A stretch of DNA of 64,000 nucleotides from Gammaproteobacteria bacterium (GTDB lineage Bacteria > Pseudomonadota > Gammaproteobacteria > Eutrophobiales > Eutrophobiaceae), in the NCBI GenBank assembly GCA_965215365.1, contig CBDCDS010000003.1:992001-1056000 (forward strand), read 5' to 3'. Shown here in pieces: positions 30,701 through 45,792 of the stretch. Below the pieces are notes generated by a model. That model made no database searches. It was not told where the DNA came from and was given only the letters and a program-made list of their open reading frames with translations. Numbering within the stretch: position 1 is the stretch's first letter; each line of letters starts with the position of its first letter. The translations under genes were made by a program, and so were the position numbers.

Positions 30701-31063
30701 ATGACGATGGATATAATTTACCTGAACGACCTGAAGGTGGACACCGTAATAGGCATCCACCCTTGGGAACGCACCATAAAACAGACCTTAATTTTCGATA
30801 TTGAAATTGCTGCCGATATTGCCACGGCGGCGCAATCCGACCATATCGGCGATACCGTAAGCTATGAGGCGGTGGCCAAGCGTGTGACAAGTTTCGTTGG
30901 CGCGGCAGAGTTTGAATTGATTGAGACCCTGGCAGAACAGGTGGCCGGTATCCTCCTAGATGAGTTCAAGGTGCGCTGGTGCCGGTTGCGGCTGAACAAA
31001 CCCGGCGCCGTGCGCGGGGTGCGCGAGGTGGGCCTTATTATTGAGCGAGGCAGCAGGGATTAA
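30701..31063 (+). CDS. folB: Dihydroneopterin aldolase
   Basis: IGIHPWER..KQ, YEAV, LIETLAE, KPGA. Confidence 0.95.
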   Translation: MTMDIIYLNDLKVDTVIGIHPWERTIKQTLIFDIEIAADIATAAQSDHIGDTVSYEAVAKRVTSFVGAAEFELIETLAEQVAGILLDEFKVRWCRLRLNKPGAVRGVREVGLIIERGSRD

Positions 31064-31201
31064 CCCGCATATCTCACCAAGACCAGCGAGGGCGCATCAA
31101 GCGCAGATGTGTTATGTGGAAAGAGCAGCAGTATTATCATAACTTATTGAAAGCAATTATGTTTCACAAGGAAACAAGCGACTTGGTGAGAGCTGCGGGT
31201 T
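31062..31201. mobile_element. MITE family A, full 140-bp copy
   Basis: TIR AACCCGCATATCTCACCAAG / CTTGGTGAGAGCTGCGGGTT (18 of 20 match). Confidence 0.88.
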
Positions 31202-31204
31202 GAC

Positions 31205-31702
31205 ATGGCGCAGATTTTTATCGGCGTCGGCAGCAACCGGGAGCGGGAACAACATATCCGGGCCGGGATCCGGGCGCTACGGGCAGTGTTTATGAATTTG
31301 CGCATCTCCACGGTGTATGAAAACCGGGCAGTAGGGTTCGACGGCGCAAACTTCTACAATTTCGTTGTCGGGTGCGAAACCGGGCTTGAAGCGCCGGCAG
31401 TCGTCAGGCAATTGCAGCAAATCGAAAATGCTTATGGCCGGGACCGGAGCGGGCCGTGCCCGACCTCCATCAACCTGGACCTGGACCTGTTGCTGTACGA
31501 TGACCTGGTCACTACCCGCACCGGGTTTCGGTTGCCCCGTGCGGACCTCGACCGCTATGCGTTCGTATTATGCCCGCTGGCAGAACTGGCGCCGGCCCTG
31601 CGCCATCCCGTGTCCGGCAAAACCTTTGCTGCGCTGTGGGCTGAATTTGACGCCACCGGACAGACGTTGTGGCCGGTTGCCTGTGACCTGCAAGGGGAAT
31701 AA
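31205..31702 (+). CDS. folK: HPPK (pterin pyrophosphokinase)
   Basis: IGVGSN, FYN.V, LDLDLLLY, FVL.PL.EL.P. Confidence 0.93.
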   Translation: MAQIFIGVGSNREREQHIRAGIRALRAVFMNLRISTVYENRAVGFDGANFYNFVVGCETGLEAPAVVRQLQQIENAYGRDRSGPCPTSINLDLDLLLYDDLVTTRTGFRLPRADLDRYAFVLCPLAELAPALRHPVSGKTFAALWAEFDATGQTLWPVACDLQGE

Positions 31703-31707
31703 GGCGC

Positions 31708-32943
31708 TTGTTGCATGCGGCTGACAGTGCCCGGGACGAGTTTGCGCGGACCCTGCCAGCGCCGGCGCCGGCTGCCAGGGCGCACAGTCAGGCCTTGGCA
31801 GAGATGATCCGGGAGCAGATTCTTGCAAACGGCGGCAGTATCAGCTTTGCGCGCTATATGGAGCTGGCCTTGTATGCGCCGGGACAGGGTTACTACAGCG
31901 CCGGGGCGACCCGCTTTGGCGCGCACGGCGATTACGTTACTGCGCCCGAAGTCTCCCCCCTGTTTTCCCGTTGTCTGGCCCGGCAGTGCCGGCAGGTGCT
32001 GGCGGGGCTGCCCGAAGGCGACATCCTGGAGCTGGGCGCCGGGTCCGGGATTATGGCCCGGGATCTGCTGCTGGAACTGCAAGCATGCGCGGCATTGCCG
32101 GCCAACTACCTGATCCTGGAAACCAGCGCAGACTTGCGCCAACGCCAAAAGGAGCTGTTTTGCGCCGACATTCCCCAGTTGTTGCCGCGCATTATCTGGC
32201 TGGAGACGCTGCCCGAGCAACCATTGCGCGGAGCCATCATCGCTAATGAGGTGTTGGATGCGTTGCCCGTGGTGCGGGTGGCGCCGGCGAACGGGGTGTT
32301 GCGCGAGCTGCGCGTAGGCCATGACGGCGCTGATTTCTGTTGGCTGGAGATGCCGTGTCGGGATGATCGAATCGGCGCGGCCTGGGCAAGTATCAGCGCT
32401 GAGCTGCCAGCACCATTGCCCGCCCCCTACCGCACCGAGATAAACCTGCGCGCCGGCGTCTGGCTGCGTTCTCTGAGTGACCTGTTGCAGCAAGGCCTGA
32501 TGTTATTGATCGACTACGGTTATCCTCGCCACGAGTATTACCATCCCCAACGGAACACGGGAACCCTGCTCTGCCATTACCGGCACCGCGCCCATGCCAA
32601 CCCGTTTCTTTATCCCGGCTTGCAGGACATCACCGCCTCAGTGGATTTTACCGCCGTCGCCGAGTTCGCCCTGGAATGCGGCCTGCAACTGGCCGGTTAT
32701 ACCAGTCAGACTCATTTCCTCATCGGTTGCGGCCTGGACGAACTGGTCGTGTCGGCGCAGGACGGTGCCGCGCAACCCGCCCCCGCCATTGCCGCACAGG
32801 TAAAACGCCTGACCTTGCCGGGGGAAATGGGCGAACGCTTCAAGGCCATTGCCTTTACCCGGGATTTCCCGCAACCGTTGCTGGGCTTTCAATTCATGGA
32901 CCAGCAGGAGCAATTATGGAGAGGGCGCCGCCGAGCCAGCTGA
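31708..32943 (+). CDS. SAM-dependent methyltransferase, MidA/NDUFAF7 family
   Basis: FARYMELALY...GYY, GDYVTAPE.S, ELGAGSG, ANEVLDALP, DYG, QDITASVDF. Confidence 0.92.
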   Translation: MLHAADSARDEFARTLPAPAPAARAHSQALAEMIREQILANGGSISFARYMELALYAPGQGYYSAGATRFGAHGDYVTAPEVSPLFSRCLARQCRQVLAGLPEGDILELGAGSGIMARDLLLELQACAALPANYLILETSADLRQRQKELFCADIPQLLPRIIWLETLPEQPLRGAIIANEVLDALPVVRVAPANGVLRELRVGHDGADFCWLEMPCRDDRIGAAWASISAELPAPLPAPYRTEINLRAGVWLRSLSDLLQQGLMLLIDYGYPRHEYYHPQRNTGTLLCHYRHRAHANPFLYPGLQDITASVDFTAVAEFALECGLQLAGYTSQTHFLIGCGLDELVVSAQDGAAQPAPAIAAQVKRLTLPGEMGERFKAIAFTRDFPQPLLGFQFMDQQEQLWRGRRRAS

Positions 32944-33734
32944 TGGACATCCTGCAAGCAATCATCCTGGGCCTGCTGCAGGGGCTCACCGAGTTCCTGC
33001 CTATCAGCAGTTCCGCCCACCTGATCCTGCTGCCAGAGCTGGCAGGCTGGGATGATCAGGGCCTGCTGTACGATGTCGGCGCGCATTTCGGCAGCCTGCT
33101 GGCGTTACTGCTTTATTTCAGAAAAGACCTGGCGCGCATGAGCGCCGGGTGGGTCGCTTCATTCAGCGCCGGGCCTGACCGCGAGGCAGAACTGGTCTGG
33201 TTAGTGCTCATTGCCACCGTGCCGATCGGTCTGGCCGGCCTGTTGCTGCATCAGGAGACCGCGCACCTGCGCGAGCCGCTGGTTATCGCCGGCGCGACGG
33301 TATTGTTCGGGCTGCTACTGTGGTGGTCGGATCGCTATGGCAAGCGGGAGCGCGGCTTATATCGCTTGGGAGTCCGGGACGCTATCGTGATCGGCCTGTT
33401 CCAGGCATTAGCCATGATTCCCGGCGCCTCCCGCGCCGGTGTCACCATGACTGCCGCACTGCTGCTGGGCCTGAACCGGGAAGCCGCCAGTCGCTTTTCC
33501 TTCCTGCTGGCAATCCCCACCATCCTGATGGCCTCTGGCAATGAATTGCTCAAGGTCTCATTATCCACAGCGCAAGTGGACTGGGCCGCACTGCTTACCG
33601 TAAGCGCAGTAGCGTTCATCAGCGCCTATCTCACCATCCACGGGTTCCTGAAACTGGTCGAGCGCACCGGGATGCTGCCTTACGTCATTTACCGCCTGGT
33701 CCTGGGCGGCGTTTTATTCGCCCTGTTTATCTGA
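32943..33734 (+). CDS. uppP: Undecaprenyl-diphosphate phosphatase
   Basis: LQGLTEFLPISSSAH, PGASRAG, FSFLLAIP. Confidence 0.96.
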   Translation: MDILQAIILGLLQGLTEFLPISSSAHLILLPELAGWDDQGLLYDVGAHFGSLLALLLYFRKDLARMSAGWVASFSAGPDREAELVWLVLIATVPIGLAGLLLHQETAHLREPLVIAGATVLFGLLLWWSDRYGKRERGLYRLGVRDAIVIGLFQALAMIPGASRAGVTMTAALLLGLNREAASRFSFLLAIPTILMASGNELLKVSLSTAQVDWAALLTVSAVAFISAYLTIHGFLKLVERTGMLPYVIYRLVLGGVLFALFI

Positions 33735-33892
33735 ACTCCTGCGCGGCTTGCCCTGAAAACATCCTGACATATACGCGAAATGCTGTTGACAGCCCTGGCG
33801 GCAACTGGTAGGTTGGCAGCCCATGGACGGGGGTGAAATGGCTTTCCGACTTGGAACGAAACAGATAATAACCGTCAACGCAGGCATCCCGA

Positions 33893-34693
33893 ATGAACAG
33901 CCCCGCAACAGCCGCCGACTATATAGCCTTCCTAGAAGAACTCGTCGAACAGGCCGGGCGGATTCCGCTTGAGTATTTCCGTAGCGACCTGGTCGTTACG
34001 GACAAACGGGGGCAGGGCGGGGCTTTCGATCCGGTCACCCGGGCCGACCGGGAAACGGAACAGTTCATTCGCGACAGAATCGCTGCCGCCTATCCCGAGC
34101 ATGGCATTATCGGCGAGGAGTTCGGCACCACCCGGGCGGACGCGGATTTGACCTGGTTGATCGACCCCATCGACGGCACGCGCGGGTTTGTCTCCGGCAC
34201 GCCCATGTGGGGGGTGCTGGTGGGCTTGAAACAGGGCAATGAATGTCTGGCCGGCGCCATGCGCCAACCCTACACCGAGGAAACCTGGATAGGCGACGGT
34301 AGCGTTGCGCATTTCATCCGCCACCGGCAACGTTCCCGGCTCAGGGTGCGTAATCAGGCAAGGCTGGCAGATGCCATCGTTTGTTGCACCCACCCGGCCA
34401 TGTACCCGACTGAGGCGACGCGGCAGAAATTCCTAGATGTGGTTGCCAGCTGCCGGTTTTCCCGCTACGGCACAGAATGCCTGGGCTACGGTATGCTGGC
34501 AAGCGGTTACGTGGACCTGGTGCTCGAAGGCGGCTTGTCGGCCTACGACATCATGCCGTTGATCCCCATCGTGGAAGGTGCCGGCGGCATCATTACCAAC
34601 TGGCAGGGCGAAGCCGCGCTGAACGGCGGTCTGATCGTTGCCGCCTCCTGCAGACAGTTGCACGAAGAAGCCCTGGAATACCTGGCGTTCTGA
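33893..34693 (+). CDS. Inositol monophosphatase family (HisN-like)
   Basis: DPVT.AD, GEE, WLIDPIDGTRGF, YDI. Confidence 0.88.
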   Translation: MNSPATAADYIAFLEELVEQAGRIPLEYFRSDLVVTDKRGQGGAFDPVTRADRETEQFIRDRIAAAYPEHGIIGEEFGTTRADADLTWLIDPIDGTRGFVSGTPMWGVLVGLKQGNECLAGAMRQPYTEETWIGDGSVAHFIRHRQRSRLRVRNQARLADAIVCCTHPAMYPTEATRQKFLDVVASCRFSRYGTECLGYGMLASGYVDLVLEGGLSAYDIMPLIPIVEGAGGIITNWQGEAALNGGLIVAASCRQLHEEALEYLAF

Positions 34694-34761
34694 TCCTCCT
34701 GAATCGACAGCCGCATTTTGTGGTAATCTCTATCCCGTGAAATTTTGCGCCGCCACGGATA

Positions 34762-35253
34762 ATGAACGTGATAGACGAATTGCTGCTTAACAACGCCCGT
34801 TATGCGGAAAATTTTGACAAGGGCGACCTGCCCGGTCCGCCGGGCTACCAACTGGCCGTGGTGGCCTGTATGGATGCGCGTCTGGACCCGCACCGGGCGC
34901 TTGGTCTTAAAGAGGGCGATGCCCACGTCATCCGCAATGCCGGCGGTGTGGTCAGCGAAGATGTGATTCGTTCACTGGTGATTTCCCAGCGCTTGCTGGG
35001 CACTCGGGAAGTCGCATTGATTCAGCACACCGACTGTGGCATGCTGACCTTCCGTGATGATGAGGTCAAAGACCGTATTGAAGCCGAGACCGGCCTGCGT
35101 CCGGCGTTTGCCTTAGAAGCATTCAGGGACCTGGAACAGAATGTGCGCCAGTCTCTGGCCCGCATACATGCCAGCCCGTTTCTCCCCCATAAGGATCAGG
35201 TGCGCGGGTTCATCTACGATTGCGCTACGGGCCGCCTCAACGAGGTAACCTGA
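34762..35253 (+). CDS. Beta-class carbonic anhydrase (short clade D type)
   Basis: CMDARLD, IRNAGG, HTDCG. Confidence 0.92.
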   Translation: MNVIDELLLNNARYAENFDKGDLPGPPGYQLAVVACMDARLDPHRALGLKEGDAHVIRNAGGVVSEDVIRSLVISQRLLGTREVALIQHTDCGMLTFRDDEVKDRIEAETGLRPAFALEAFRDLEQNVRQSLARIHASPFLPHKDQVRGFIYDCATGRLNEVT

Positions 35254-35330
35254 GCGGTAACCGTCAGGGTAACTGTAACCTGTGCCGATACAGCGAGTCT
35301 TACCGCATGCGACCACTTCCCGACTCACTT

Positions 35331-35449
35331 AACCCGCAGCTCTCACCCAGTCGCTTGTTGCCTTGTGAAACATGATTACTATCAATAAGTTATGATAATA
35401 CTGCTGCTCTTTCCCCATAACACACTGCGCTTGATGCGCCCTCGCTGGT
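35331..35449. repeat. MITE family A, near-full copy in reverse orientation, missing one TIR
   Basis: Reverse complement of about 31082-31201. Confidence 0.85.
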
Positions 35450-35466
35450 TGCCGGACAACCGTTCC

Positions 35467-36530
35467 ATGAAAAGCATCACCCTGTTATTCCTGCTTTGTT
35501 GCACTACTCTGGTTTACAGCCAGGGGCAGGCACAGCAGGCGGCGCCGGTCCGGTACACGGAAGCGCTGCGGCAGCCGGTCCAGCAGACCGTGGAGTTACC
35601 AGGCTACCTGGAAGCGCCCTACGTCAGCGTGCTGGCGAGTGAAGTGGAAGGACTGGTGGCCGAACTTAAGGTGCGGGAAGGGCAGCAGGTGACCCGAGGC
35701 CAGCCCCTGGTCGTACTGCGCACCACGGCGCTGGCGTTGCAGCTACAAGCTGCCGAGGCGCGTCTGGCGGAGGCCGAGGCGCGGCGCAAGCTGGCGCAAA
35801 CCAGCCTGACGCGGGCGCAGGGACTGGTAGAGAAAAACACCATCTCACGCCAGCAATTAGATGAGGCCCGCTATGAGTTCGAGGCCTGGCAGGGTCGCAT
35901 TGACACGCTGCGCGCCGAGGCGGCCTCGATCCGGCATGACATCGAACGCAGCACGCTGCGGGCGCCGTTCGACGGCATCATCATTGCCCGCTATACCGAG
36001 GTGGGGCAGTGGCGCGACGCCGGCGCCGGGTTGCTGGAGCTGTTGTCCGACGAAGCCCAGGAAGTCCACGTGGATGTCCCCGAACAATACTTCAGTGAAT
36101 TGCAAACCGGCGCGCCGGTAACCGTCACGTTCGATTCCGTCCCCGGGCGGGAATACCCGGCCTCTATCCGCGCCGTCATTCCCCGCGCTGACCCGGCCGC
36201 CCGCACGTTTCCGGTGAAGCTCCGGCTCCGCGCAACCCATGCTGAAATCGGTGCCGGCATGGCTGCGCGCGCGGCCTTGCAACTGGGCGAACCGACCCCC
36301 GGTACCTTGGTGCCCAAGGATGCACTGGTGCGCCAGGGCGACAACACCTTGGTATTCCTGGTGAAGCAGGGCAGCGCTTTGCTCACGCCGGTGACGGTGG
36401 GCGCGGCCATGGGGGTCTGGGTGGTGGTAAGCGGTGCGGTGTCAGCGGGCGACAAGGTGGTCACGCGCGGCAACGAGAGGTTGTTCCCGGGCCAGCCCAT
36501 CGCGGCTGAACCCCTGGCGTATCCGCGGCC

Positions 36531-36534
<4 letters not shown>
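35467..36534 (+). CDS. RND efflux membrane-fusion protein
   Basis: Signal peptide, SEVEG.V..L.V.EG..V..G, LRAPFDG, RTFPVK. Confidence 0.93.
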
Positions 36535-40552
<4,018 letters not shown>

Positions 40553-40600
40553 CTACCCAAGCTTAACTCAGAGTAACAGAGCAAAAACTCAATCACCGGA

Positions 40601-41515
40601 TCAAATCCTGCTGGCAGGTGGTTTTGTATTCAAGGATTTGCGACCAAGCAAATTTTTAACCAGCAGGTCAGCGATATCTACGGGACAGACCCATTGCAGG
40701 CCGCGCCAGGCGGGTACACTATTCACCTCTAACACTAGGTAATTACCATGCGTGTCGAGAATGATATCAACGCCACCATAAAGAATACCCGTAGCCTGCG
40801 CGGCGCTTTCAGCCAGACTGCGTAGTTTGGGGGTGAGTTCGGCCGGGCGGCATTCGCCGCCGCGGGCGCGGTTGGTGATCCAGTGTTCCGAGACGCGTTC
40901 CATGGCGGCGACTGCCTGGTGGTTAATGACAAAAACCCGCCAATCCCGGCCGTTACGTCCGGCTTGGTCGATGAAACGTTGCAGGTAATACACGCCGTTA
41001 ATGAGCTCCGTATCCAGTTGGTAATTCCGGCCATCGATCAGTTGCAGCCCGCGACCGCAGTTGCCGAACAAGGGCTTCTGCACCACAGCATGACCGTTAT
41101 CCAGTTGCGTGCGGATCACTGCATGGGCCGTTGCTGCGCTGGCACATACCCACACCGGCGGCGTGGGCACCCGGCACTGCCGCAGCAGGAAGCTGGTCAT
41201 GGCTTTGTCCACGGTGCGCTCAATGCTGCGCGCGTCGTTATACACCACCACCCCCGACGCGTGCAGCGCGTGCAGGAGGTCGAGCCGGAACGTCACCTCC
41301 TCAAACGTGCCTGCGGCGATGGCGCGTACAAAGGCCGCATCCGGCAGGGTATCCGTAAAGCCGGGAATGTACAGCCCGGTGGGAGACTGTTCGCTGTCAA
41401 AACGACACTGTGTCAGGGACAGGACTTGGGTGCGTACGCCATCAGCCGCAAAGGCAGCTGCCAGTTGTTGCTCATGCCAGCCGTCGTTCTCGGAAAATAT
41501 GACGATTTGTTTCAT
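40601..41515 (-). CDS. RimK-family ATP-grasp glutamate ligase (Orf5/MyfA-like)
   Basis: FVR.I.AG.FEEVTFRL..LH, IERTVDK, KPLFG..G, DWRVFV, WITN..RGG, EVNSVPAW. Confidence 0.85.
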   Translation of the reverse strand: MKQIVIFSENDGWHEQQLAAAFAADGVRTQVLSLTQCRFDSEQSPTGLYIPGFTDTLPDAAFVRAIAAGTFEEVTFRLDLLHALHASGVVVYNDARSIERTVDKAMTSFLLRQCRVPTPPVWVCASAATAHAVIRTQLDNGHAVVQKPLFGNCGRGLQLIDGRNYQLDTELINGVYYLQRFIDQAGRNGRDWRVFVINHQAVAAMERVSEHWITNRARGGECRPAELTPKLRSLAESAAQATGILYGGVDIILDTHGNYLVLEVNSVPAWRGLQWVCPVDIADLLVKNLLGRKSLNTKPPASRI

Positions 41516-41540
41516 AAGTTGAGAATTATAATGCCAACCC

Positions 41541-42680
41541 ATGGACAATAAATCACTGATCATCATCGGTGCCAGTGCCAGGGCCGCGGCGGAATCTGCC
41601 TGGCGCGCCGGCTACAGCCCGTACTGGCTGGACCAGTTCGGTGATGAAGACCTGCGTCAGCGTTTTCCGGGCCAGACTATCACTGATTATCCGCAGCAGG
41701 CGACCGAACTGATTGAGCAGGCGCCAGCGGCGCCCTTCATCTACACCGGTGCCATGGAAAATTACCCGGAGGTGCTGGACGCGCTAGGCCGACACCGATG
41801 CTTGCTGGGTAATCCTGTGCAGGTTTGCCTCAACACCAGCGACCCGTTCCGCTTGCACGACTTGTTCGAGCAAAGCCGGATTTCCAGCCCTGAAGTACGG
41901 GCCGATGCCCACGTTGGCATAGACCCACGCGTCTGGCTGGTGAAACCCTTGCACGGTGCCGGTGGTGCCGGCATCAGGTTCTGCCAGGAGGCCGACATTG
42001 GCTCCGGTACTGGCTCCGGCATAGATGTCTCCGGCATGGGCTCCAAATCTGGCCCTGACTGTTATCTGCAACAGTATCTGCCCGGCGACAGCTACTCGGC
42101 GGTGTTTGTTGGCACCCGAGACGGCAGCCGGTTACTCGGCGTCACGCGCCAACTGGTTGGTGTGCCGGAATTTCACGCCCCACAGTTCGGCTATTGCGGC
42201 AGTATCGGTCCGGTCGAGTTGGCCACAGCAGAAAGACAGCAATGGGAACGAATCGGCGCAGTACTGGTCGCGGAATTTCAACTGCGCGGACTGTTCGGCG
42301 TGGATGCAATCCGGCACGATGGCAGGGTGCATCCGGTCGAGGTCAACCCCCGCTACACCGCCTCGGTGGAAGTGTTGGAACTGGCCCTGGAGGTGCAAGC
42401 GTTGCAACTCCACTGCCAGGCCTGCGCCGGGCAGCCAATCGAAGTAACAGTCCGGCCACCCCACCGCCTCATCGGCAAAGCCATCCTGTATGCGCCGGCT
42501 GACCTGGTTTTCAAGGCAGTCCCACCGCACGGCTTCTCCGGCGCCGACATCCCCCCCACCGGCGCCCACATCAAGCAGGGTCACCCGGTACTCACCATCA
42601 TAGTGAATGGAACCGCGATTGACGCGATAAATCAGGAGTTGAAGCAAGCGGCAGGGTATATTATGCAGGGGATACAATAA
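41541..42680 (+). CDS. ATP-grasp protein (OrfY/MyfB-like)
   Basis: GASARAAAESA.RAG...LD.FGD.DL, KP..GAGG.GI, Y.GSIGP, GLFGVD, EVNPR. Confidence 0.78.
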   Translation: MDNKSLIIIGASARAAAESAWRAGYSPYWLDQFGDEDLRQRFPGQTITDYPQQATELIEQAPAAPFIYTGAMENYPEVLDALGRHRCLLGNPVQVCLNTSDPFRLHDLFEQSRISSPEVRADAHVGIDPRVWLVKPLHGAGGAGIRFCQEADIGSGTGSGIDVSGMGSKSGPDCYLQQYLPGDSYSAVFVGTRDGSRLLGVTRQLVGVPEFHAPQFGYCGSIGPVELATAERQQWERIGAVLVAEFQLRGLFGVDAIRHDGRVHPVEVNPRYTASVEVLELALEVQALQLHCQACAGQPIEVTVRPPHRLIGKAILYAPADLVFKAVPPHGFSGADIPPTGAHIKQGHPVLTIIVNGTAIDAINQELKQAAGYIMQGIQ

Positions 42681-42753
42681 TCCCGGAATTTTTTACTCTG
42701 ACCCCGGATACGGATAGAATACCCTGTTTGTAACGTTGAGAGAGAGAGAGACA

Positions 42754-43308
42754 TTGGAACAATTCCGAGGAACAACCATCCTGTCGGTGCGGCGGGGTGA
42801 TAAAGTGGTAGTGGGTGGAGACGGTCAGGTATCTCTGGGTGATACCGTGATGAAAGGCAATGCCAGCAAGATCAGAAAGCTGTACCGGGAGCAGGTCCTG
42901 GCCGGCTTTGCCGGTGGCACGGCGGATGCTTTCACCCTGTTTGAACGCTTTGAGGCCAAGCTGGAATCCTACCAGGGCCAGCTGGTGCGCGCCGCAGTGG
43001 AACTGGCCAAGGACTGGCGCACAGACCGCATGTTGCGACGTCTGGAAGCCATGCTATGCGTCGCCGATAAATCCAATTCACTGCTGATCTCGGGCAACGG
43101 CGACGTGATAGAACCGGAGAGCGGCATCATGGCCATCGGTTCCGGCGGCGCCTTTGCCAAGGCCGCAGCGCAGGCGTTGCTGGAAAATACGGAACTGGAT
43201 GCGCGTGCCATTGTCGAAAAAGGGTTACACATTGCCGCCGACATCTGCATTTACTCGAACCGCAACCTCACCATAGAAGAATTGCCTTGTGCAGGAGCAA
43301 AAAAATAA
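42754..43308 (+). CDS. hslV: ATP-dependent protease subunit HslV
   Basis: [28 protein letters not shown]. Confidence 0.98.
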   Translation: MEQFRGTTILSVRRGDKVVVGGDGQVSLGDTVMKGNASKIRKLYREQVLAGFAGGTADAFTLFERFEAKLESYQGQLVRAAVELAKDWRTDRMLRRLEAMLCVADKSNSLLISGNGDVIEPESGIMAIGSGGAFAKAAAQALLENTELDARAIVEKGLHIAADICIYSNRNLTIEELPCAGAKK

Positions 43309-44684
43309 TGGAAGCGCAAAAAATAGTGCCAGCCCAAAAAAAAATGGAAACCCGGGAAAGGATGGAAGCGCTCACACCCAAGCAGATCGTGGCCGAGCTG
43401 GACAAGCATATTATCGGCCAGGATGCCGCCAAGCGGGCCGTGGCAATTGCGCTGCGCAACCGCTGGCGCCGCTCCCGGGTCGATGAAACATTGAGAAACG
43501 AGATCACGCCCAAGAATATCCTGATGATAGGCCCCACCGGGGTGGGCAAGACGGAGATCGCGCGCCGCCTGGCTAAACTCGCCAACGCGCCCTTCATCAA
43601 GGTTGAGGCGACCAAGTTTACCGAAGTGGGCTATGTCGGCAGGGATGTCGAGTCCATCGTGCGCGATCTGGCAGATGTGGCGGTAAAACTGACCCGTGAG
43701 GAAGAGCTGGAAAAGGTGCGCGACCGGGCCGAACAGGCCGCGCAGAATCGGGTGCTGGATATTCTGTTGCCACCGCCGCGTACGGGCGCCGAGGAAGAGG
43801 AGCAGCCCAATGCCACCAGAGACAAATTTCTGGTCTTGCTCAACAACGGTGAGCTGGATGACAAAGAGATAGAGATAGAAGTGAATATGCCGGCAATAGG
43901 CGTGGAAATTATGGCGCCGCCGGGCATGGAAGAGATGACCAGCCAGTTGCAGGGCTTGTTCCAGAGCATGGGCAGCGAAAAAAAGCGCACCAGAAAAGTG
44001 CACATCAGGGAGGCGCTGAAGATCCTGGCGGAGGAAGAAGCCGCCAAAATGGTGAACGAGGACGAGATCAAACTGCACGCGCTGGAAAATGTGGAACAAA
44101 ATGGCCTGGTATTCCTCGATGAGATAGACAAGGTTACGCGCCGCGCCGAGGTCAGCGGCGCCGATGTCTCCAGGGAAGGGGTGCAGCGCGACCTGTTGCC
44201 GCTGGTGGAAGGTTCCACGGTAACGACCCGCTACGGTATGGTAAAAACCGACCATATCCTGTTCATCGCCTCCGGCGCCTTCCATTATTCCAAGCCCTCC
44301 GATCTGATCCCGGAATTGCAGGGGCGCCTGCCGATACGGGTGGAACTCGAGGCCCTGGGTGTGGAGGAATTCAGCCGTATTCTGGTGGAACCGGACGCGT
44401 CGCTGACGCAGCAATACCAGGCGCTGATGCAGACCGAGCAGGTGCGCCTGTCATTTTCCAAAGACGGTATTGCCCGTATCGCCGAAATAGCCTGGCAGGT
44501 GAACGAGTCCACCGAAAATATCGGCGCCCGGCGCTTGCATACGGTGATGGAGCGATTGCTGGAGTCGTTATCTTTTGAAGCCCCGGAGCAGCGCGATAAA
44601 TCCTTCACCGTCGATGCCGGCTACGTGGACGAACACCTGAATGAATTGATCAAGGATGAGGATTTGACCCGGTATATTTTATGA
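43308..44684 (+). CDS. hslU: ATP-dependent protease ATPase HslU (start may be 43362)
   Basis: [47 protein letters not shown]. Confidence 0.98.
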   Translation: MEAQKIVPAQKKMETRERMEALTPKQIVAELDKHIIGQDAAKRAVAIALRNRWRRSRVDETLRNEITPKNILMIGPTGVGKTEIARRLAKLANAPFIKVEATKFTEVGYVGRDVESIVRDLADVAVKLTREEELEKVRDRAEQAAQNRVLDILLPPPRTGAEEEEQPNATRDKFLVLLNNGELDDKEIEIEVNMPAIGVEIMAPPGMEEMTSQLQGLFQSMGSEKKRTRKVHIREALKILAEEEAAKMVNEDEIKLHALENVEQNGLVFLDEIDKVTRRAEVSGADVSREGVQRDLLPLVEGSTVTTRYGMVKTDHILFIASGAFHYSKPSDLIPELQGRLPIRVELEALGVEEFSRILVEPDASLTQQYQALMQTEQVRLSFSKDGIARIAEIAWQVNESTENIGARRLHTVMERLLESLSFEAPEQRDKSFTVDAGYVDEHLNELIKDEDLTRYIL

Positions 44685-45034
44685 GGCCAGTGGCCGTCAA
44701 CCTGAAGCAGAAGTCACGCTGCCTGGTGCTGGAATACGAAGACGGCAGCAGTTTCAGCCTGAGTTGCGAGTTGTTGCGGGTGTATTCACCCTCGGCGGAA
44801 GTGCGCGGGCATGGCCCCGGTCAGGAGATCCTGCAGACCGGTAAGGAAAACGTCAATATCGATTCAGTTGAACCGATGGGTAGTTACGCGCTGAAGCTGT
44901 GCTTTGACGACGGGCACAATTCCGGCATTTATACCTGGGATTATCTGTATCAGCTGGGCCAGGACCAGGCACGCCTCTGGCAATCCTATCTGGCGGCGTT
45001 GGAAAAGGCTGGCTACACCCGTCAGACACCATGA
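44681..45034 (+). CDS. DUF971 / GBBH-like N-terminal domain protein
   Basis: [28 protein letters not shown]. Confidence 0.9.
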   Translation: MRPVAVNLKQKSRCLVLEYEDGSSFSLSCELLRVYSPSAEVRGHGPGQEILQTGKENVNIDSVEPMGSYALKLCFDDGHNSGIYTWDYLYQLGQDQARLWQSYLAALEKAGYTRQTP

Positions 45035-45765
45035 ACGACCGCGTCGATTTCGGTTTCCACAAGGTCGCGCCGGAAGAGAAGGCCCGGCGGGTGGGAGAAG
45101 TGTTCAGTTCGGTTGCCGCGCGCTATGATTTGATGAACGACCTGATGTCGTTCGGCATTCACCGGTTGTGGAAACGGCTGTGTGTACACCTAGCTGGTGT
45201 ACCGTCTGGCAGCAGGGTGCTGGACCTCGCCGCCGGCACCGGCGATTTGGCCGCGCGGCTGCAGCAGTCGGGTTACGAGGTGGTTGCCTGCGATATCAAC
45301 GAGGCCATGCTCAATGCCGGGCGGGACAAGCTGGCCGATCGCGGCTTGGTGCGGGATGTCCACTATGTGCAGGCGGATGCAGAGCGGCTGCCATTTGCCG
45401 AGAACAGCTTCGACTGTGCCACGCTGGCCTTCGGCCTGCGCAATATGACCGACAAGCCGGCGGCGCTGCGCGCCATTCACGGCGGGTTAAAATACGGCGG
45501 TCAGCTCCTGATTTTAGAATTCTCCCGGGTCAGCTCCGGGTTACTCAGGAAGGTATATGACACCTACTCATTCCATGCCATCCCGGCCCTGGGTAAACTG
45601 GTATTGCAGGACTCGGACAGCTATCAGTACCTGGTCGAGTCCATCAGAATGCACCCGGACCAGGATCGCCTGAAAACCATGCTGGAGCAAGCCGGTTTCG
45701 CCCGTGTGGATTACCTGAACCTGTCTGGCGGCATCGTCGCGCTGCACCGGGGATACAAGCTCTAA
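45031..45765 (+). CDS. ubiE: Ubiquinone/menaquinone C-methyltransferase
   Basis: [38 protein letters not shown]. Confidence 0.97.
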   Translation: MNDRVDFGFHKVAPEEKARRVGEVFSSVAARYDLMNDLMSFGIHRLWKRLCVHLAGVPSGSRVLDLAAGTGDLAARLQQSGYEVVACDINEAMLNAGRDKLADRGLVRDVHYVQADAERLPFAENSFDCATLAFGLRNMTDKPAALRAIHGGLKYGGQLLILEFSRVSSGLLRKVYDTYSFHAIPALGKLVLQDSDSYQYLVESIRMHPDQDRLKTMLEQAGFARVDYLNLSGGIVALHRGYKL

Positions 45766-45792
45766 GGCGCCTCTATACAGCTTGTTTGTCCA

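Noticed and set aside
43300-43380. Three ATGGAA starts at the hslU 5' end as a regulatory device
   Set aside because: More simply a local imperfect duplication; it only affects start-site choice
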